This document shows positions 49,103 to 53,769 of a stretch of DNA of 53,769 nucleotides, piece after piece; within the stretch, counting starts at the first letter, position 1, and each line of letters opens with the position of its first letter. The stretch covers positions 1 to 53,769 of the forward strand of contig JALGVJ010000025.1 in the NCBI GenBank assembly GCA_029838195.1, read 5' to 3'. The notes beneath the pieces were generated by a model. The model had not been told where the DNA came from. It ran no database searches and saw nothing but the letters and a program-made list of their open reading frames with translations. The stretch is from Promethearchaeota archaeon. Its GTDB lineage: Archaea; Asgardarchaeota; Lokiarchaeia; Sigyniarchaeales; SOKP01. Made by a program: the position numbers and the translations under genes.

Positions 49103-50407
49103 TTATTTTTTACTTTCAATAGCCAAATATCCCAAACAGAGTTTTAATACGTTTTCTAAAGCACCATCTTCGATCTTATCGGGAGTATCTGTGGATTGAT
49201 GATAAAAATTTACCATGTCAGATACTCTCATGCTCATGATAGTGCTCGCTTTAATCCCTGCTTTAGAAAACGCTGTAGCATCCGTTCCACCGCTCATTTG
49301 ACCATAAATCTTTTCCAAAAATGTTTCAGCGCCCCCCATTCCTGCTGTACTTACCTTTACACCTATTAATTTCGAAGCTTCCATTAACTTTTGAACTACA
49401 ACCTCACTATGAATTGTCCGAGTCGTTGGTTCTTCTTTAAGTACATTAATATCATCTTTACTGGCAATGGCATCCATGTTGACGACTTCGGTGTCTAGTT
49501 TTTTTAGTTCTTCATGATGTTTTTCTACATAGCGAAATGCCCCTCTTAGAAAGGCTTCTTCGCATCCGAAGGAGATCAAGCGTATCTCAGTGTTATCTGG
49601 AATGAGTTCTTTATTTCTTTTTAACATCTTCCCAATGGCTAATACAATGGCTACGGCACTAAGATTATCCACGGCGCCCGGCACCTTATTCGCTAATTCC
49701 CCCGGAGATACAAAAAATAATAATAATATCATGGGGATCCCTCCAATAATCAAAAACCAGATCGCAATGATGAAAAAAATTGCCGGCATTTCCGTACTCC
49801 CTAATATCATGAAAATAATGGTTGCAATTAGAAAAATTGCGCTATAGAGGGACCAAGCAATGAAGATGATAATACCTAAGAAAACTATAATGATATAACC
49901 TACCTTGAAATATTTTAATAGATTAAACTGCAAGGCACTATCATGATGACCCGAGAAGATAATGAGTTTTTTAATATCTCCTTTCCCCCGAAGCGTGCCA
50001 ATAACGTTTTGGGATTCTTTTTTTCTGAAGAGAACATCTATGAATTCTTCATAGTTAAAAAACTCTTTCCACATTATCAGAATTCCAATGAAAACAAGGA
50101 TAAAAGTCAATATAGGTAAGATCACTTTCCACGTCAGACTCAACGTTTCACGGGTTAAGAAAAAGCACGTGAATGATAAAGCCATCAAAATAACCGCAAT
50201 TTTAATCCAACCAAGGGCAGCTCGAGGATGACACGTGAAGGGCTCAATCTCTACTTGTTCGCACGTTTTTTCTAATTCACTTTTAATAATTTCTGCGGAT
50301 TTTGCTTCTTGTGGGCTACAGGGCATTCTAGGGCCGCACTCATCAATTATTTTTTCGATAATATCGTGCATGTATTTTGAATCTTCTTCCAAAATTTCTA
50401 CACTCAT
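49103..50407 (-). CDS. M28 family metallopeptidase with inserted TM hairpins
   Basis: GHHDS, GAVDN, GCEE, NMD, YH..TD; about 4 hydrophobic segments inside the domain. Confidence 0.88.
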   Translation of the reverse strand: MSVEILEEDSKYMHDIIEKIIDECGPRMPCSPQEAKSAEIIKSELEKTCEQVEIEPFTCHPRAALGWIKIAVILMALSFTCFFLTRETLSLTWKVILPILTFILVFIGILIMWKEFFNYEEFIDVLFRKKESQNVIGTLRGKGDIKKLIIFSGHHDSALQFNLLKYFKVGYIIIVFLGIIIFIAWSLYSAIFLIATIIFMILGSTEMPAIFFIIAIWFLIIGGIPMILLLFFVSPGELANKVPGAVDNLSAVAIVLAIGKMLKRNKELIPDNTEIRLISFGCEEAFLRGAFRYVEKHHEELKKLDTEVVNMDAIASKDDINVLKEEPTTRTIHSEVVVQKLMEASKLIGVKVSTAGMGGAETFLEKIYGQMSGGTDATAFSKAGIKASTIMSMRVSDMVNFYHQSTDTPDKIEDGALENVLKLCLGYLAIESKK

Positions 50408-50798
50408 GAATATAACCTTAATAAATAGTCAATTTTTATTAATATAGTAAATGATATATTGGGTAATAAACGTTTATTTTTCAATACTTGGCTATAACGT
50501 TTTCATTTTTTACAAAGATTTTTAATCTTGATTATTTTCATGTCTTTAAATTTTAATTAAAAAGAAAGGGTATTAATGAACGTCGAATTTTTAAGGATGA
50601 TCTAGTTTTAGTTAGGGGAAAAACTTTCTTTTTTCCTTAAAATTTTCAAGAAGCAAGGGGAAAATAATCTCAGCATTCATGCGATAAATCATCAAATATT
50701 AATTAAAAATAAAATATTTAATTAAATAGTCACCAAATAAGAATAAGTTATAAAATAAGAAGTAAAATCAAAGATTTATGTAGACCAGAGGAAAAGAG

Positions 50799-52280
50799 AT
50801 GAAGTTAACGAATTTTGAAATTATTTATAATGAAGATCGGGTGAACATACCGGATAAGAATAGAATTAGAGAAAGCTTGGTTAAGATATTGGGACAGGCC
50901 AACGTATCAACTCGCGAGATCGATTTGTTAGCATATTCCAAGGATGCTTCACTCATCGGTAACAATTGGACGATCAAGGGCAAGATTGGAGGCTTACCGG
51001 ATTTTATCACGTGGCCGGAAACAGTGAACCAAATAAGCGAGATCCTAAAACTGGCAAATGGGGAAAAAATTCCGGTAATCCCTTATGGAGAAGGGTCGGG
51101 CGTGGTGGGCGGCGCTATCCCCGTGCGGGGAGGGATCATCATTGACATGAAGAAATTCAATAAAGTTCTTGAAATCAATGATAAAGATTTGACCGTTACG
51201 GTCGAAACCGGAATGAATGGAATGAATTTAGAACGCTATTTAAATGCAAAAGGTTATACTTGTGGACACATACCCCAATCGATTTATACCTCCTCCGTGG
51301 GAGGGTGGATCGCTCATAGAGCTGCCGGGCAATTCTCCACGAAATATGGTAAGATTGAAGATATCGTAATTGGAATGGAAGTTGTTTTACCTCAAGGGGA
51401 TATCATAGAATTTAAACCAATTGTTCGCTCTGCGGTCGGGCCCCAATTAAATAAGTTGTTTTTGGGTAATGAAGGATCTTTAGGAATAGTTACAAAAGCA
51501 ACATTACGGATTTGGCCTTTTCCGGAAAAACGAGCTTTAATATCCTATGCTTTCCCTACCTTTGAGGATTCAATAGAAGCAATTCGGGAGATTCTGAGAG
51601 AGCAAGTTTATCCCGCCGTGATTCGAATTTATGATGCAGATGAAACGACAAGGCATTTTGAAATGGTAGAAAAAGCGAAAGATAAAGTGATGGTCGTTTT
51701 TGTATGCGAGGGAAATGCAAGGTTAGTGAATCTTGAAGAAGAGATAACCCGGGAAAAATGTGAAAAACATGCCGGAATAGATTGCGGAGAACATCCCGTT
51801 GAACATTGGTTTGAAACCCGATTCCGAGTCACGGAAACCAGTACGGTTCCACCAAATAAAATGATCGCCGATACCATTGAAGTGGCGGTGTCTTGGACCA
51901 ATGTTTCAAAATTATATCATGCTGTCGTGGAAGCCGTTCAAAACATAGATGGAATATTTTTAATAACTGCACACGTGTCTCATTTTTATCCGAATGGAGT
52001 GGGCATCTATTTTTCGTTTGCGGGAGTAGAAATGCAAGATAACACGGATTTTGACCTCTATAAAGAAACATGGCGAGTTACCATAAAAACGGTATTAGAC
52101 TCAGGAGGGTCGATTGCCCATCATCATGGCATTGGAATAAATAGATCAGAATGGATGGATGAGGAATGGGGAAAAAGCATGAATATAATGCGAGCGTTTA
52201 AAAAAATTGTGGACCCGAATAATATATTAAATCCGGGAAAAGTATATGAAAGCATTTGGACGAAAGGAGGTGAAAAATAA
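50799..52280 (+). CDS. FAD-binding oxidoreductase of the VAO/PCMH family, alkyl-DHAP synthase-like
   Basis: PYGEGSGVVGG, GHIPQS...SVGGWIA.RAAGQFSTKYGKIED, G.EGSLG, HVSHFY...IYF, HHHGIG, DPNNILNPGK. Confidence 0.85.
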   Translation: MKLTNFEIIYNEDRVNIPDKNRIRESLVKILGQANVSTREIDLLAYSKDASLIGNNWTIKGKIGGLPDFITWPETVNQISEILKLANGEKIPVIPYGEGSGVVGGAIPVRGGIIIDMKKFNKVLEINDKDLTVTVETGMNGMNLERYLNAKGYTCGHIPQSIYTSSVGGWIAHRAAGQFSTKYGKIEDIVIGMEVVLPQGDIIEFKPIVRSAVGPQLNKLFLGNEGSLGIVTKATLRIWPFPEKRALISYAFPTFEDSIEAIREILREQVYPAVIRIYDADETTRHFEMVEKAKDKVMVVFVCEGNARLVNLEEEITREKCEKHAGIDCGEHPVEHWFETRFRVTETSTVPPNKMIADTIEVAVSWTNVSKLYHAVVEAVQNIDGIFLITAHVSHFYPNGVGIYFSFAGVEMQDNTDFDLYKETWRVTIKTVLDSGGSIAHHHGIGINRSEWMDEEWGKSMNIMRAFKKIVDPNNILNPGKVYESIWTKGGEK

Positions 52281-53537
52281 ATGGAAATCTTAGAAAAATA
52301 TAAATGGATGCTCCCTCTTCTCAATAAATTACCTAAGGTAAAACGAATTCTGTTTAAAAATTTGAGAAATGTGAAAAAAAACTTTTATCCTGAAGGAGAA
52401 TACAAAGCCGATGTTAAAAATCTTATTAATTGCATGTTATGTCCCAACATGTGTCGATTTGATTGCGGTTCCCTTCAAGCAGCCCAAAAAGAATCCATGA
52501 GTCCCGCTTATAAAGCACGTATCGGCTATTATCTTACTATGGGAAAACTCGATTATAGTGATCCGGACTTCGTGGATTTGATGTATAAATGCACGAATGA
52601 AGAAAATTGCAAGATTTGGTGTCCATTCGATTTTTCCGTGGTTTCACTATTAGAAACTGTGCGAGAAGATATCAATGATAAAGGATATATGCCTGACTAT
52701 TGTAAGCAACAAGTAGCTAACTTGGAAAAAACAAAAACCATCGAAGATCATGAGATCTTTAAAACTTATAAAGAAAAGGGAATCGAAAACATAGAAAGCG
52801 ATGGAGATGTGGATGTTTTTTATTACGTGGGATGCGAAATGATGAAATTTCCTGAAGTCGTGAAAGCTAATATTGAAATCTTGAAAAAAGCAGGAGTTAA
52901 ATTTGCCTTGAATTTAAATGAAAGAGTTTGCTGTGGAGCACCCGCCTTTAATATAAGGGCTTTAGAGGTCGCTCGTAATTTAGCAAATAAGAATAAAGAA
53001 TTATTTCTAAATACGGGAACAAAACTCGTGATATCTGATTGCCCGGGCTGTGTTGTCACTCTCTCAAAGCGTTATCAGCAATTAGATATTAAGTTGGATC
53101 TTAAAATCGTTCACATTACGCAATATTTCAACCAATTAATCACGGAGGGAAAATTGACCTTTAAAAAGCCGGTATCTAATGAAATGCAAAAGATTACCAT
53201 CCACGATCCTTGCCTCCTCGCAAGAAATCTAAAAGATACAAGATCCATCCGTGAAATTTTGGGAAAAATGGAAGGAATTGAGGTAATTGAACCCATTTAT
53301 AATAAAGAACATGTTCATTGCTGTGGATGGAGCGGAACATTGCATTTAGCTGACAAAAATCTGGCGATAAAAGAAGCGACGAATAGAATTCAAGAGTTAA
53401 AAGAAACGGAAGCAAGCATGATCGTGACCACCTGTCCCTTGTGCGAATTAGGCTTGGCTTACGGATTGTCTGAAAAAGATAAACAAGAAATTAAAATTTT
53501 GGATCTCAGCACATTGATTTATGATACTTTATACTAA
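52281..53537 (+). CDS. Fe-S oxidoreductase with two CCG domains (GlcF/GlpC/HdrD-like)
   Basis: CMLCPNMCRFDC, CTNEENCKIWCP, GC..CCG..CPGC, DPC..CCG..CPLC. GGAGGTGA SD; begins immediately after the upstream stop. Confidence 0.9.
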   Translation: MEILEKYKWMLPLLNKLPKVKRILFKNLRNVKKNFYPEGEYKADVKNLINCMLCPNMCRFDCGSLQAAQKESMSPAYKARIGYYLTMGKLDYSDPDFVDLMYKCTNEENCKIWCPFDFSVVSLLETVREDINDKGYMPDYCKQQVANLEKTKTIEDHEIFKTYKEKGIENIESDGDVDVFYYVGCEMMKFPEVVKANIEILKKAGVKFALNLNERVCCGAPAFNIRALEVARNLANKNKELFLNTGTKLVISDCPGCVVTLSKRYQQLDIKLDLKIVHITQYFNQLITEGKLTFKKPVSNEMQKITIHDPCLLARNLKDTRSIREILGKMEGIEVIEPIYNKEHVHCCGWSGTLHLADKNLAIKEATNRIQELKETEASMIVTTCPLCELGLAYGLSEKDKQEIKILDLSTLIYDTLY

Positions 53538-53673
53538 TTCTCTTACCATGAGCACTGCTTACATTAAGATAATAGATGAGCCGTTTTTCCTCTCCATCTT
53601 CTTTTTTCTTTAAGATTTTCTAAATTTGTATTTTTTATTATTTTTTCAGTGTTACCTGAGGGTATTTTTAAGT

Positions 53674-53769
53674 TTATAATATAGCTTGTTTTTTAAGTTT
53701 TTTAAATCTCATTCCGACAAAACCCTCAATTATAACACATCTGGTTTCGTCGCCCCCTCGGAAAATCAC
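53674..53769 (-). CDS. Possible 3' end of a gene entering from beyond the window
   Basis: Open frame VIFRGGDETRCVIIEGFVGMRFKKLKKQAIL* from the window edge; too short to identify. Confidence 0.3.
   Translation of the reverse strand: MIFRGGDETRCVIIEGFVGMRFKKLKKQAIL

Noticed and set aside
1397-53415. Many short antisense or alternate-frame ORFs in the track (e.g. 4792-5205, 8743-9117, 23336-23707, 27456-27824, 46896-47303)
   Set aside because: They overlap well-supported genes and carry no recognisable motifs; shadow ORFs.
1-53769. Mobile elements, rRNA, CRISPR, or selenoproteins among the Fe-S enzymes
   Set aside because: No transposase or integrase ORF, no rRNA-like segment, no repeat-spacer array, and no in-frame UGA at Cys positions in por, ior or the CCG protein.

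Overview
AT-rich archaeal chromosome segment, almost certainly from an Asgard archaeon (Lokiarchaeia-like). The evidence is a full-length Lokiactin, a Rab-like GTPase, a Roadblock/LC7 protein, a gelsolin-like protein and a HEAT-LRR protein, set among archaeal housekeeping genes (RIO2, porGDAB, iorAB, aEF-1beta, PAN, Rpo6, Hef, TldD/E, purB/purM, nadC) and bacterial-type repair genes (mutS, mutL, dinB). I found no CRISPR array, rRNA or transposase. The ORF track misses a 57-aa zinc-finger gene (17765-17938) and an intron-containing tRNA-Val(CAC) (28844-28934). The best candidate for something new is a UDP-glucuronate decarboxylase-like gene interrupted by a 31-nt structured insert (about 33317-33347). 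Removing the insert exactly restores the conserved motif GHVNPVGPRSCY. The insert folds into a relaxed bulge-helix-bulge motif resembling the one around the tRNA-Val intron 4.4 kb upstream, so it may be a tRNA-endonuclease-type intron in an Asgard mRNA. A templated insertion or an assembly artefact is not excluded. Other notable items are a membrane-anchored gelsolin-like protein, a Rab-like GTPase with no canonical in-frame start upstream of its P-loop, PIP-box-like motifs on the repair proteins, and a hydrolase lacking its catalytic Ser. All calls come from motif recognition by eye; no searches or folding programs were run.
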